Assembly (NCBI GenBank): GCA_049975265.1
Contig: JBNGDF010000009.1
Span: 1-64,000 of the forward strand
DNA length: 64,000 nt
From: Fidelibacterota bacterium
Lineage (GTDB): Bacteria; Fidelibacterota; UBA2242
Direction of reading: 5' to 3'
Part shown: positions 48,039 to 58,636 of the stretch, piece after piece
Layout of the letters: every line of letters begins with the position of its first letter
Numbering within the stretch: the first letter of the stretch is position 1
Translations under genes and position numbers: made by a program
The notes under the pieces: generated by a model
The model's input: only the letters and a program-made list of their open reading frames with translations
Databases searched by the model: none
What the model was told of the DNA's origin: nothing

Positions 48039-49070
48039 ATGGCCACTTCAGCTGACAATAAGGAACGGGCTCTCGAATTGGCGGTATCCCAGATTGATCG
48101 CCAGTTCGGAAAGGGTTCAATTATGCGTCTCGGGGATGACAACATCAAAATTCCAGCGGAGGTGATTTCCACCGGCTGTCTGACACTGGATGCTGCGATC
48201 GGAATAGGAGGCATTCCCAGAGGTCGGATTACCGAGATTTACGGACCGGAATCCTCCGGTAAAACAACCCTGGCGTTGCATGTGGTGGCAGAAGCTCAGA
48301 AAAAGGGCGGATATGCCGCTTTTATCGATGCCGAACATGCACTGGACCCAAATTACGCCGCTAAACTGGGTGTCAAAACAAAGGACCTGCTGATTTCGCA
48401 GCCGGATAACGGCGAGCAGGCATTGGAGATTACGGAAACGCTGGTCCGCAGCAATGCTATTGACGTGATTGTGATTGATTCTGTGGCGGCGCTGGTTCCG
48501 CGTGCGGAGTTGGAAGGCGAGATGGGTGATTCTCATGTTGGCTTGCAGGCGCGTCTGATGTCGCAGGCACTTCGCAAACTCACAGGCGCCGTTAATAAGT
48601 CGCGCACCTCGGTTATTTTCATTAATCAGATTCGGGAAAAAATCGGGGTAATGTTCGGTAATCCGGAGACCACCACCGGAGGACGCGCCCTGAAGTTTTA
48701 TACCTCCGTGCGTCTGGAAATCAGGCGGATCGGTTCGCTCAAGGAGGGGAACAGTAATATCGGTAACCGGGTGCGGGTCAAAGTCGTGAAAAATAAGATG
48801 GCGCCGCCCTTTCGTGAAACGGAATTTGATATTATGTACGGTGCCGGTATTTCCTACGAAGGCGACGTGCTCGATGCCGCTGTAGAGGGTGATATCATCC
48901 AGAAAAGCGGCTCCTGGTTTTCGTTCGGCGATGAGCGGATCGGGCAGGGGCGCGAAAATGCCAAGCAGTATCTGCTTGAAAACCGGGAGACTTTCGACAA
49001 GGTCGAAGCCCAGGTGCGGGAATTTTTAGGGCTCTCCGTAAAACCGGCGTCGGATAAAAAAACCGAATAG
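48039..49070 (+). CDS. recA: Recombinase RecA
   Basis: [37 protein letters not shown]. Confidence 0.99.
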   Translation: MATSADNKERALELAVSQIDRQFGKGSIMRLGDDNIKIPAEVISTGCLTLDAAIGIGGIPRGRITEIYGPESSGKTTLALHVVAEAQKKGGYAAFIDAEHALDPNYAAKLGVKTKDLLISQPDNGEQALEITETLVRSNAIDVIVIDSVAALVPRAELEGEMGDSHVGLQARLMSQALRKLTGAVNKSRTSVIFINQIREKIGVMFGNPETTTGGRALKFYTSVRLEIRRIGSLKEGNSNIGNRVRVKVVKNKMAPPFRETEFDIMYGAGISYEGDVLDAAVEGDIIQKSGSWFSFGDERIGQGRENAKQYLLENRETFDKVEAQVREFLGLSVKPASDKKTE

Positions 49071-49075
49071 AAACC

Positions 49076-49738
49076 TTGATCAGCCGGGAATATAGTGCGA
49101 AAAACGAGGATTCAGGCGGCAGAATAACCAAAATTGCATTCCAGAAAAAGCGAGTAGATCGCCGGTCGGTTTTTATCGACGGCGATTATGCTTTTAGTGT
49201 GTCCGAAGCGACCTTCCGGCTGTTTCCTCTTCAGCAGGATCAATGGCTGACAGCAAAACAGATCGAGATCATTAAAAATCATGAGGATTTCGAGAAAACC
49301 AGGGAAGCGGCTCTCAAATATCTGGCACTCCGGATGCGCAGTGAATTTGAACTGAAATCCTATTTAAAGCGAAAAGGATTTTCACCGCAAAATATACGGA
49401 GAGTGTTGAATTACTTTCGGGAGCACCGGTATCTTGATGATCGAAAATTCGCCGAACTGCTGGTTCGGGATATGACGACTATCAATCGTTACGGACGCTA
49501 TAAAATGATTGCCCAATTGCACAAACGCGGAATCTCGTCTACCACCATTAAAGAGGTCCTGGCTGAGCATATCGATACATCCGATCAGCTGCAAAACGCT
49601 CTGACGCTTGCCGAGAAAAAATTGGCATCGCTGAAGAATACTGGATCTGTCAGAGAAAAATTATACCGCTACCTGAAACAGAGAGGTTTTGATTACGCAG
49701 TCATTACGGAAGTGATCAACCGTTTGTTAAAAACCTGA
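49076..49738 (+). CDS. recX: Regulatory protein RecX
   Basis: ALKYLALRMRSEFEL, YLDDRKFA, LKQRGF; follows recA. Confidence 0.9.
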   Translation: MISREYSAKNEDSGGRITKIAFQKKRVDRRSVFIDGDYAFSVSEATFRLFPLQQDQWLTAKQIEIIKNHEDFEKTREAALKYLALRMRSEFELKSYLKRKGFSPQNIRRVLNYFREHRYLDDRKFAELLVRDMTTINRYGRYKMIAQLHKRGISSTTIKEVLAEHIDTSDQLQNALTLAEKKLASLKNTGSVREKLYRYLKQRGFDYAVITEVINRLLKT

Positions 49739-49796
49739 AATAAACCCGAAAAATTTTGTATATTTGGTCGGTTTAAGAAATATCGGGAAACGGAAT

Positions 49797-52583
49797 ATGA
49801 AGTGGCGTTTTAGAAAAATCATATTGCTCTTATTCCTTTTTAGTCAGATTTATGGAAAATTCATAACCAGCGATGCACCAGTAACTTATCGGTTTTTAGC
49901 CGATGAGAATTCACCTCCCTATATGTATACGGAAAATGGGCAGGTCGTCGGCTTCTGTGTGGACCTGATCCATCGTATTACCGAAGTGATGAATTTTCAG
50001 GTTGAAATCGAGGCGGGGCCCTGGGACGAGGTGCGGTCCGCCGTGGAGAATGGTGAAGTGGACGGTATACTGGCAATGTATTATTCCACCGAGCGTGATA
50101 AAATTCTGGATTTCTCAATTCCCCATTCTTCCATTACGCACGCTGTTTTTGTCCATGCCAAATCACCGGTACAATCGTATACCGATCTGAATCATCGGAA
50201 AATAATCGTGCAGAAGGGCAGCATCATGCACGATTATCTGATCCAAAATGAAATCACCAGGTCCATCATCACCGTTGATAATGTAAAGGATGCCATTCTG
50301 CTGCTGTCGCACGAAATTTATGACTGTGCGCTCCTCAGCAAAGTGCAGGGCGATTTTTACATTAAAAAGTATAAATTAAAAAACATTAAATCCCTGGAGG
50401 ATTATTTTTCACCACGGGACTACTGTTTTGCCGTCTATAACAATCCGAAGCTGCTCCACCAGCTCAATGAAGGTTTAATCATTCTCCAGACCAGTGGAGA
50501 ATATAACGCTCTTTTTCAGAAATGGATGACCATACCCGACAGGCCCAACCTGTTTGCGGGTCCGCTATTTCGCTACATTATCATCGGCGTCGTCATTTTG
50601 GTCATCGGCATTTTTCTGACCCTTTTCTGGATTTGGTTTTTACGTAAGAGCGTTATCCATAAGACGGAGGAACTGCGGCGGGAAAATCAACAGCGCCGTC
50701 AGATCGAAAAGGCGCTCAGAGCCAGTGAAGAGAATTTTCGCTCCCTGGCGGAAAATGCCTTCGACGGGATTTTGATCAATGATGAGAATGGAAATTATAT
50801 TTATGCGAACAACAATGCGGCGGAAATCACCGGATATCCGGTATCGGTACTCTTAAAATTAAATATCAGAGATTTGACGCCCGAAGAAAATGTAAATGAC
50901 GTGCTGGAGGCGTCAAAGAAACGTATTCGGGGTGAATCTGTCCACTCTTTTTATGAATCGCTCCTGCAGAGGAAAGACGGAACCATCATCCCCATCGAAG
51001 TAGTGGCTTCCAGGACCGACTGGCACAATCAACCGGCGGACCTGGTGTTCATTCGGGACATTTCGTTGCGTAAGCAGATGGAGCGGGCGTTACAGAACAG
51101 CGAGATGAATTTCCGCCAGATCGTCGAGCGTTCGAATGACGCCATCTACGTGCAGCAAGATGACCGGTTTGTGCTGGTCAATCCGGCGCTGGTGAAGTTG
51201 ATGGAATACAGTCGCGAGGAGCTATTACATCCGGATTTCGATTTTATTCATTTTGTGGATGATTCCGACCGGGCAAAAATCCGGGAGCGCTATGAAAACC
51301 GGGACCACAAAATCCGGATCAGCAAGCGTTGTGAATTCAAAGCGAAAACCAAAAGCGGCAGGAATCTGGATATGGAGGTCAGTGCCTCCAAGATCATCTG
51401 GAACAATCGATCAGCCAGTCTCGGGATCATCCGGGATCTGACCCGTTTTAAACGCCTGCAGGAAGAGGCTTTCAAGATTGAAAAGCTGGATTCCATCGGT
51501 GTATTGGCTGGCGGAATAGCCCACGATTTCAATAATATTCTGTCGGTCCTTTTGGGCAATGTCCAGCTGATCAAACTTAAGATCGGTAAGGAAGAGGACC
51601 TCAGCAAATATCTGGATCGTCTGGAAGAAACCATCTCCCGTGCAACCGGTCTGACACAACAGCTGTTGACCTTTTCCAAAGGGGGTGAACCGGTGGTTGA
51701 AGTAGCGTCAATAGCGGAGCTGATCCGTGACGTGGTGCCCTTTACTCTTACCGGCAGCAATGTCAAATCGGAATTTGTGATAGAGGACGATCTCTATCCC
51801 GTTGAGATGGACGTAAACCAGATATCTCAGGTTTTGACCAATATCGTTATCAACGCCAAACAGGCGATGCCCGGTGGCGGCAAACTGACCGTTGAGGCGA
51901 GTAATGTGATTATTGAGTCAGGCGATTTAGCGGGTAGTCTGGAACCCGGCGAATATGTGAAAATATCTATCACCGATCAGGGGATTGGGATTCCCGAAAA
52001 GATCATCGACAAAATATTTGACCCCTTCTTTAGTACAAAAAGTTCCGGCAGCGGCTTGGGTCTGGCGACCTGTTATTCTATTATTCAAAAGCACGGCGGA
52101 CATATCACCGTATCGTCCAGATCCGGCGAAGGGTCGACATTCACCATCTATCTGCCGGGGACGAAGAAACGGCTAAAGAAGGAAAAGAAGGTCAGGCGGA
52201 AACAGAAATTTCAGGGCAAAGTACTGCTGATGGACGATGAAGAGTCGGTGCGTGATTTTATGAGCAGTATGCTGCAGAGTCTGGGACTCAGTGTCGATGC
52301 TGTCGCTGATGGCAGTCGGGCGGTAAGTCATTACCAAAAGGCGCTAGAAAGCGGGTCGGCTCATGACCTGGTCATTCTTGACCTGACCATCCCCGGCAGC
52401 AAGGGGGGCAAAGATGTACTGAAAGACCTGCAAGCCATGAAACCCGATGTCGTGGCTATGGCATACAGCGGATATGCCGATAATCCGGTGATCAGTCGCC
52501 CTGAAGATTATGGTTTTAAAGCATCTTTCAGTAAGCCTTTTTCTATAGATACGCTGGTTAAGGTTATTTCGAAAGTAATGTAA
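49797..52583 (+). CDS. Hybrid sensor histidine kinase (periplasmic PBP domain, TM, 2 PAS, HisKA, HATPase, receiver)
   Basis: PPYMY...GFCVDL binding-protein domain; LAGGIAHDFNN H-box; DPFFSTK...GSGLGL; receiver LLMDDE...ILDLTIP. Confidence 0.93.
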   Translation: MKWRFRKIILLLFLFSQIYGKFITSDAPVTYRFLADENSPPYMYTENGQVVGFCVDLIHRITEVMNFQVEIEAGPWDEVRSAVENGEVDGILAMYYSTERDKILDFSIPHSSITHAVFVHAKSPVQSYTDLNHRKIIVQKGSIMHDYLIQNEITRSIITVDNVKDAILLLSHEIYDCALLSKVQGDFYIKKYKLKNIKSLEDYFSPRDYCFAVYNNPKLLHQLNEGLIILQTSGEYNALFQKWMTIPDRPNLFAGPLFRYIIIGVVILVIGIFLTLFWIWFLRKSVIHKTEELRRENQQRRQIEKALRASEENFRSLAENAFDGILINDENGNYIYANNNAAEITGYPVSVLLKLNIRDLTPEENVNDVLEASKKRIRGESVHSFYESLLQRKDGTIIPIEVVASRTDWHNQPADLVFIRDISLRKQMERALQNSEMNFRQIVERSNDAIYVQQDDRFVLVNPALVKLMEYSREELLHPDFDFIHFVDDSDRAKIRERYENRDHKIRISKRCEFKAKTKSGRNLDMEVSASKIIWNNRSASLGIIRDLTRFKRLQEEAFKIEKLDSIGVLAGGIAHDFNNILSVLLGNVQLIKLKIGKEEDLSKYLDRLEETISRATGLTQQLLTFSKGGEPVVEVASIAELIRDVVPFTLTGSNVKSEFVIEDDLYPVEMDVNQISQVLTNIVINAKQAMPGGGKLTVEASNVIIESGDLAGSLEPGEYVKISITDQGIGIPEKIIDKIFDPFFSTKSSGSGLGLATCYSIIQKHGGHITVSSRSGEGSTFTIYLPGTKKRLKKEKKVRRKQKFQGKVLLMDDEESVRDFMSSMLQSLGLSVDAVADGSRAVSHYQKALESGSAHDLVILDLTIPGSKGGKDVLKDLQAMKPDVVAMAYSGYADNPVISRPEDYGFKASFSKPFSIDTLVKVISKVM

Positions 52584-52700
52584 AAAACTGTGTCGTAAGT
52601 ATGGTTTAGCGCTTGATTATTGAGCGTGGAGCAAATAACTTACCGCTTTATAAATGATGGGGTTGATAATTAAAAAAGAAGCTTTAAATATCGGAGATGA

Positions 52701-55319
52701 ATGAAAACGGCGGCGGAGATTCGCAAAGATTTTATCGACTTTTTTAGCAGTTTGGATCATGCAATTGTAAAAAGTGCTCCGGTTATTCCCATCAGTGATC
52801 CTACACTGCTTTTCACCAATGCCGGAATGAATCAGTTCAAACCGATCTTTCTCGATCAGGAGAAGCCGGTCTATAAACGGGTAGCCAATTCTCAAAAATG
52901 CATCCGGGTGAGCGGTAAGCACAACGATCTTGAGGAGGTTGGTAAAGACACATATCATCACACTTTCTTTGAAATGCTGGGTAACTGGTCGTTTGGGGAT
53001 TATTATAAGCGTGAAGCGATCCGCTACGCCTGGACCCTATTTACCGAAATCTGGAAATTTCCCAAAACGCAACTCTGGGCGACAATTTACCAAAAAGACG
53101 ACGAAGCTTATAAGTGTTGGCGGCAGGCAACCGACATTGATCCCAAGCGGATTTTACGCTTTGGGGAGAAGGATAATTTTTGGGAAATGGGTGAAACCGG
53201 TCCCTGCGGACCCTGCTCGGAAATTCACTATTATACCGGAGACGAACCAGACCGGCAATCCGCTGAATGTATCAATGCCGACAATCCGGAGTATATCGAG
53301 CTGTGGAATCTGGTCTTTATTCAGTACAATCGCGATGAACAGGGAGAGCTGCATCCGCTTTCAAAAAAACATGTAGATACAGGTGCCGGACTGGAGCGAA
53401 TTGTTGCTGCTCTTCAGGGAAAGAAATCCAATTACGATACCGATCTTTTTACACCCTTAATCCGCAGAATCGAGGATCTGACGAAAATCGGGTACCGTAC
53501 CGAAACCGGAATGCCCCATCGCGTGATATCCGATCATGTCCGGATGCTGACCTTTGCTATTGCCGATGGCGGAATGCCTGCCAATGACGGTCGGGGGTAT
53601 GTGATTCGGCGGATTCTGCGCCGGGCGGCGCGCTTTGGACGTATGCTGAATATGCACCAACCCTTTATTTATCAACTGGTGGATACGGTGGGTGAGATTC
53701 TGGGCGATGTTTATCCGGAAATCATCGAACGTAAGGAGCATATCAGGAAAGTAATCCGCTACGAAGAGCAATCCTTCGGTGAAACGCTTGATAAGGGACT
53801 GGAGGTCTACCAGCGAATAAAGGCTGAGCTCATATCGCAAAAGAAAACGGAAATACCCGGTACAGAAGTGTTCAAACTGTACGATACTTTTGGATTTCCG
53901 CTGGACTTAACCCAGCTCATGGCTCGGGAGGATGGATTGACGGTTGACCTTGTGGGATTTCACCGGGAGATGGATAAACAGAAGGAGCGCGCACGTGCCG
54001 CACAGCATTTCAAAAGAGGCGATACTGAATCTGCCCAACACTGGATTGTTGTCACCGAAGGTGAAGATTCGGAATTTGTAGGGTATGTGCAGACAGCCAC
54101 CCAGTCGATTGTAAGAAGATATTATGTTCAGGATGATACCTATTACCTGGTTCTGGACAAAACGCCGTTCTATGCGGAATCCGGTGGCGAAATCGGGGAT
54201 ACCGGGATCATTTCAAACAGCGAATTCAGCATAGAGGTCAGCGACACGCAAAAAACGGGCAATACGATTGTCCATATTGGTCGCCTGACAGATGGGAAAA
54301 TCGGTCGGCAGGCAGAAGTCCGGGCTGAAATCGATGTCCGGCGCAGTGATGCAATACGTGCCAATCATACCGCCACCCATCTGTTGCACGCCGCTTTGCG
54401 GGAGGTACTGGGCGAGCATGTACATCAGGCTGGTTCTCTGGTGGAAGCCGGGCGCCTGCGTTTCGATTTTACCCATTATACGAAAGTCACGTCGGAAGAA
54501 CTGGAACAAGTCGAGGATATCGTCAACCGGAAAATCCGTGAGAATATCGAGGTTGATATTCAATTCAAGTCGTTTGACGAGGCGAAAAAATCCGGTGCCA
54601 TGGCGCTTTTCGGTGAAAAATATGACGACATCGTACGGGTGATCGATTTGGGTGATTTTTCCCGGGAGCTGTGTGGTGGCAAACATGTAGAACGCACGGG
54701 CGATATCGGCGGTTTTAAAATTATTTCGGAATCAGCAGTAGCCGCCGGAACCCGGCGCATTGAGGCGGTTACGGGTAAAATGGTATTTGAACTGCTGCGA
54801 CAATATGAGCATTTAATCAGGGAAGTGACCCAGCTGCTGAATACCACATCCGATCAATTGTTGGCTAAGGTTCAGGAAATGCGTGAGCAACTCAACCAGC
54901 TGGAAAAAAAGTTGCAATCTCAAACGGTCAGGGATGTGCAGACGGAACTGAACGAACTACTTGAGCAGGCAAAACGAATCAATGACCTAACACTTTTTTA
55001 TCATCAGTATACCTCAATGTCGATGGACGAGTTGAAGCAGGTCGCCGACCTGTTTCGGGAAAGGGTGCAAACCGGCGTCGCATTGCTGATCTCAAAGACA
55101 GCTGAAAAATTGCTCCTGGTCGTATGCGTCAGCGACACCGGGATTCAGAAGTATAACCTCAATGCCGGTCAGATTGTCCAACAGCTCGGAATGATACTCG
55201 GTGGCGGAGGTGGCGGCAGACCGCACCTGGCAACCGCCGGTGGGAAAGATTTCACTAAAATTCCCGAAGCCGTTGCAGCATTTGAGAACATGGTCAAGGA
55301 GCATTTAAACGGTCAATAA
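52701..55319 (+). CDS. alaS: Alanine--tRNA ligase
   Basis: LLFTNAGMNQFK, HHTFFEMLGNWSFGDY, HTATHLLH, ELCGGKH, GGGGG. Confidence 0.98.
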   Translation: MKTAAEIRKDFIDFFSSLDHAIVKSAPVIPISDPTLLFTNAGMNQFKPIFLDQEKPVYKRVANSQKCIRVSGKHNDLEEVGKDTYHHTFFEMLGNWSFGDYYKREAIRYAWTLFTEIWKFPKTQLWATIYQKDDEAYKCWRQATDIDPKRILRFGEKDNFWEMGETGPCGPCSEIHYYTGDEPDRQSAECINADNPEYIELWNLVFIQYNRDEQGELHPLSKKHVDTGAGLERIVAALQGKKSNYDTDLFTPLIRRIEDLTKIGYRTETGMPHRVISDHVRMLTFAIADGGMPANDGRGYVIRRILRRAARFGRMLNMHQPFIYQLVDTVGEILGDVYPEIIERKEHIRKVIRYEEQSFGETLDKGLEVYQRIKAELISQKKTEIPGTEVFKLYDTFGFPLDLTQLMAREDGLTVDLVGFHREMDKQKERARAAQHFKRGDTESAQHWIVVTEGEDSEFVGYVQTATQSIVRRYYVQDDTYYLVLDKTPFYAESGGEIGDTGIISNSEFSIEVSDTQKTGNTIVHIGRLTDGKIGRQAEVRAEIDVRRSDAIRANHTATHLLHAALREVLGEHVHQAGSLVEAGRLRFDFTHYTKVTSEELEQVEDIVNRKIRENIEVDIQFKSFDEAKKSGAMALFGEKYDDIVRVIDLGDFSRELCGGKHVERTGDIGGFKIISESAVAAGTRRIEAVTGKMVFELLRQYEHLIREVTQLLNTTSDQLLAKVQEMREQLNQLEKKLQSQTVRDVQTELNELLEQAKRINDLTLFYHQYTSMSMDELKQVADLFRERVQTGVALLISKTAEKLLLVVCVSDTGIQKYNLNAGQIVQQLGMILGGGGGGRPHLATAGGKDFTKIPEAVAAFENMVKEHLNGQ

Positions 55320-55330
55320 TCGAGGAGAAT

Positions 55331-56773
55331 ATGGAGCCAGTCATCTATGAATACTCAGCCAAGGGGAAACAGGGGGTGTCGCTGCCGGGAAATCCGGTCG
55401 ATGATAGCCTTGTGCGTCGGTTCATTCCGAATGAATTCCTGCGCAGAACAGAGCTGAATCTGCCGGAGGTCAGTGAACCCGAAGTTGTACGCCATTTTAC
55501 GAATCTTTCCGTCATGAATCATCATGTGGATAAAGGGTTTTACCCGCTGGGTTCGTGTACCATGAAATACAATCCCAAAATCAATGACAGACTCGCCGGT
55601 CTGGCGGGCTTTGCCGAAATCCACCCGCTGCAACCGGAAGAATCCGCCCAGGGAGCCCTGGAATTGATGCACGAACTGGAAAGACTTCTCTGCGCGTTAA
55701 CCGGCATGTATGCGGCGACGCTGCAGCCGGCAGCCGGTTCACACGGGGAGTTGACCGGCGTGATGATCATGCAGAAATACCATGAATCCAAAGGAGAAAA
55801 ACGGAAATATATTCTCATTCCCGATTCGGCGCACGGTACAAATCCCTCCAGTGCCTATTCCGCCAATTATGAAACGATTTCCCTGAATTCCAATGACCGG
55901 GGTTGTATCGATATTGCCGACCTCCGTGAAAAAATGACTGCCGAAGTCGCCGGCTTGATGATCACCAATCCCAATACCTTGGGACTTTTTGAGGAAGAAG
56001 TGGTACAGATTGTAGAGCTTGTGCACCAGCACGACGGCATCGTTTATATGGATGGCGCCAATCTGAACGCTCTGCTGGGGATCACCTGTCCCGGTGATCT
56101 GGGTTTTGATATCACCCATATCAATCTACACAAAACCTTTTCCACACCCCATGGCGGTGGCGGACCGGGTAGCGGACCGATTGCGGTGGTGGAAAAATTG
56201 GCAAAATATCTGCCGGAACCGAGAGTCATAAAAACGAAAAACGGCTTTGCCTTGAGAACCGGTTCGCCGGATTCGATTGGTCGGGTTCTCGGCTCTTACG
56301 GCAATTTTGGGGTTATGGTTCGCGCCTATGTGTACATCACTATGTTGGGGCTCAGGGGTCTTACCGAGGTCTCTCGGAATGCGATTCTGAACGCCAACTA
56401 TGTTCGGGTCAGGCTGGCTGACAAATTCAGCGTGCCCTACAATCGTGTCTGTATGCATGAATTTGTTGCCTCCGGTGAAAATCACCGGGAGTTGGGCATC
56501 AAGACTCTGGACATTGCCAAACGACTGCTGGATTTTGGTCTGCATGCACCGACGGTCTATTTCCCCCTGATCGTGCGCGAGGCTATTATGATTGAGCCGA
56601 CAGAGACCGAGAGTAAACAGACGCTGGATAAATTTATCGCCGCCATGGAGCAGATCGACCGGGAAGCCCATGAAAATCCCGAGATTTTGCATCAGGCACC
56701 GCACATCACGCCAGTCCGCAGGTTGGAGGAGCTCAGGGCGAACAAGGAATTAAATGTCTGTTATGGAAAGTGA
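55331..56773 (+). CDS. gcvPB: Glycine dehydrogenase (decarboxylating) subunit 2
   Basis: PLGSCTMKYNP, SAHGTNP, HINLHKTFSTPHGGGGPG, EPTETE. Confidence 0.95.
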   Translation: MEPVIYEYSAKGKQGVSLPGNPVDDSLVRRFIPNEFLRRTELNLPEVSEPEVVRHFTNLSVMNHHVDKGFYPLGSCTMKYNPKINDRLAGLAGFAEIHPLQPEESAQGALELMHELERLLCALTGMYAATLQPAAGSHGELTGVMIMQKYHESKGEKRKYILIPDSAHGTNPSSAYSANYETISLNSNDRGCIDIADLREKMTAEVAGLMITNPNTLGLFEEEVVQIVELVHQHDGIVYMDGANLNALLGITCPGDLGFDITHINLHKTFSTPHGGGGPGSGPIAVVEKLAKYLPEPRVIKTKNGFALRTGSPDSIGRVLGSYGNFGVMVRAYVYITMLGLRGLTEVSRNAILNANYVRVRLADKFSVPYNRVCMHEFVASGENHRELGIKTLDIAKRLLDFGLHAPTVYFPLIVREAIMIEPTETESKQTLDKFIAAMEQIDREAHENPEILHQAPHITPVRRLEELRANKELNVCYGK

Positions 56774-57162
56774 CTATTATGACTCGAAAAATTATTGAAA
56801 CGGACAGGGCACCGCAGGCGATTGGTCCCTACAGTCAGGCGATTGTTTCCAACGGCTTTGTCTTTACTTCCGGTCAGGTGCCGATCAATCCGGCGAGCGG
56901 AAACATCGAAGCCACGACTTTCGGTGAGCAGGTACACCAAAGCCTTAAAAATGTTGCGGCACTTCTGGAAGCTGCCGGAAGCGATTTACACCGGATCGTC
57001 AAAATAACGGTTTTTCTGACCGATTTGTCGCAATTTGCCGTACTGAATGAGGTATTTCAGGAATATTTTCCCGCGAATCAAGCCGCCCGCTCCGCCGTAC
57101 AGGTCAGCCGGTTACCACTGGATGCTATGGTAGAGATCGAAGCGGTTGCAACTTTGGAGTAA
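56770..57162 (+). CDS. ridA: RidA/YjgF-family imine deaminase
   Basis: APQAIGPYSQA, SGQ, ARSAVQV, VEIE. Confidence 0.92.
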   Translation: MTIMTRKIIETDRAPQAIGPYSQAIVSNGFVFTSGQVPINPASGNIEATTFGEQVHQSLKNVAALLEAAGSDLHRIVKITVFLTDLSQFAVLNEVFQEYFPANQAARSAVQVSRLPLDAMVEIEAVATLE

Positions 57163-57168
57163 CAAATA

Positions 57169-58062
57169 TTGGGGGAAAAGCGATTTGCGATTATTGTCAA
57201 TCCGGTAGCCGGTCGGGGGCGAACGGCAAAGCTGTTACCCAGGCTGAAAGAGGTTGTTGCCCGGACGGATCAACGCTTTGACTTTTACTATACCGAGGCA
57301 CCCTATCACGCCGCCCGGATTACCGATCAGATTCATCGCGAATACGATGCGGTGGTGGCTTTTGGTGGAGATGGCACCGCCAACGAGGTGGTCAACGGTT
57401 TGGCGGGAACTCCGACCCCATTTGGTGTAATTCCGGAAGGTTCGGGAAACGATTTCGCCCGGACGATTCATGTTTCCCGCGATATTCGCAAAGCCGTAGA
57501 TCTGCTGGTGAAATACGATTATCGTCTGATGGACCTGGGAACGATCGGCGATCGCGTTTTTCTGAACGGCGTCGGTATCGGCTTTGACGGATTCGTCAAT
57601 TACCGTCGTAAAAATGTAAAATTCCTGAAAGGCTCGCTTTCCTATCTGTATACGGTTTTCAGCAGCCTGGCGATGTGGAAATCGATCCCGGTCAATCTCG
57701 AAATCGACGGCAGAAGTATCGGTCGGAGTCTGGTCTATCTCCTGGCAATCGGCAACGGCTGGTCGGTGGGCGGTGGCTTGAAACTGACTCCCAATGCTTC
57801 CATTCACGACAGCCTTTTTGATATCTGTCATGTGAGTGATATTCCTGTCTGGAAGGTACTGCTACATTTTGCAAAGTTGAAAAACGGCACACTGGAACGG
57901 GTGCGGGAGGTTACGATTACCCGGGGTTCACGGATAAAAGTGAGCAGTGATAGTCATCTGCCGATCCATTTTGATGGCGAGGTCTACGATCCTAAAGCCC
58001 GGGAAGTGGATATCGGCATCGTACCTCAATCGGCATTTGTCATTGGAGACTGGCGGAATTGA
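57169..58062 (+). CDS. Diacylglycerol/lipid kinase family protein (YegS/DgkB-like)
   Basis: IVNPVAG, GGDGT, GSGNDFAR, GIGFDG, DGE. Confidence 0.9.
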   Translation: MGEKRFAIIVNPVAGRGRTAKLLPRLKEVVARTDQRFDFYYTEAPYHAARITDQIHREYDAVVAFGGDGTANEVVNGLAGTPTPFGVIPEGSGNDFARTIHVSRDIRKAVDLLVKYDYRLMDLGTIGDRVFLNGVGIGFDGFVNYRRKNVKFLKGSLSYLYTVFSSLAMWKSIPVNLEIDGRSIGRSLVYLLAIGNGWSVGGGLKLTPNASIHDSLFDICHVSDIPVWKVLLHFAKLKNGTLERVREVTITRGSRIKVSSDSHLPIHFDGEVYDPKAREVDIGIVPQSAFVIGDWRN

Positions 58063-58072
58063 ACCACCATCG

Positions 58073-58636
58073 ATGGGATCTGTGATTACACATACCAGAT
58101 TTCGGATACCCCTTATTTTAATTCTCTTCATTGTCACGGCAAGAGGGGAAGTCTTTGAAAAAATGCCGCCCGATTCGGCGCGACGAATCAGACCCAAAGC
58201 GGCGCTTATCCGTTCGGCGATTCTGCCCGGCTGGGGACATTTTTATGTTCATAAACCGCTCAAAGGCGTCCTCTATTTTTCACTGGAAGCCTACCATCTA
58301 TACCAATTTATCGAATACAATGCGATTTATCGGCATGTGAAAATGACGAAGGAGAAGGTCGGTATCGAAGACTGGAGTAAACTATCAGAAGCAGAGAAAA
58401 AGGAGGAAATTAAAACCATAACCGGATATGAATTGAACGATGCTACCTGGCGTCCGCGGGAGATTCGCAACAAATACGGCTGGTGGTGTGTCGGATTCTA
58501 TCTGATCGGCATGCTGGATGCCTTTGTTGATGCGCATCTCTACTATTTTCCGACTGATAAAATTGAACTCACAGGTCATCCTGTTACCGGCAGTGTCGGC
58601 ATTCGATTATCATGGAATTTGAGGGGCACAGAATGA
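58073..58636 (+). CDS. DUF5683-like membrane protein
   Basis: PKAALIRSAILPGWGHFY, MLDAFVDAHL; likely start ATG 58073. Confidence 0.7.
   Translation: MGSVITHTRFRIPLILILFIVTARGEVFEKMPPDSARRIRPKAALIRSAILPGWGHFYVHKPLKGVLYFSLEAYHLYQFIEYNAIYRHVKMTKEKVGIEDWSKLSEAEKKEEIKTITGYELNDATWRPREIRNKYGWWCVGFYLIGMLDAFVDAHLYYFPTDKIELTGHPVTGSVGIRLSWNLRGTE

Noticed and set aside
57947..58072. Long N-terminal extension of the DUF5683-like ORF
   Set aside because: It overlaps the lipid kinase gene by more than 100 nt; the start at 58073 gives a signal-like N-terminus.
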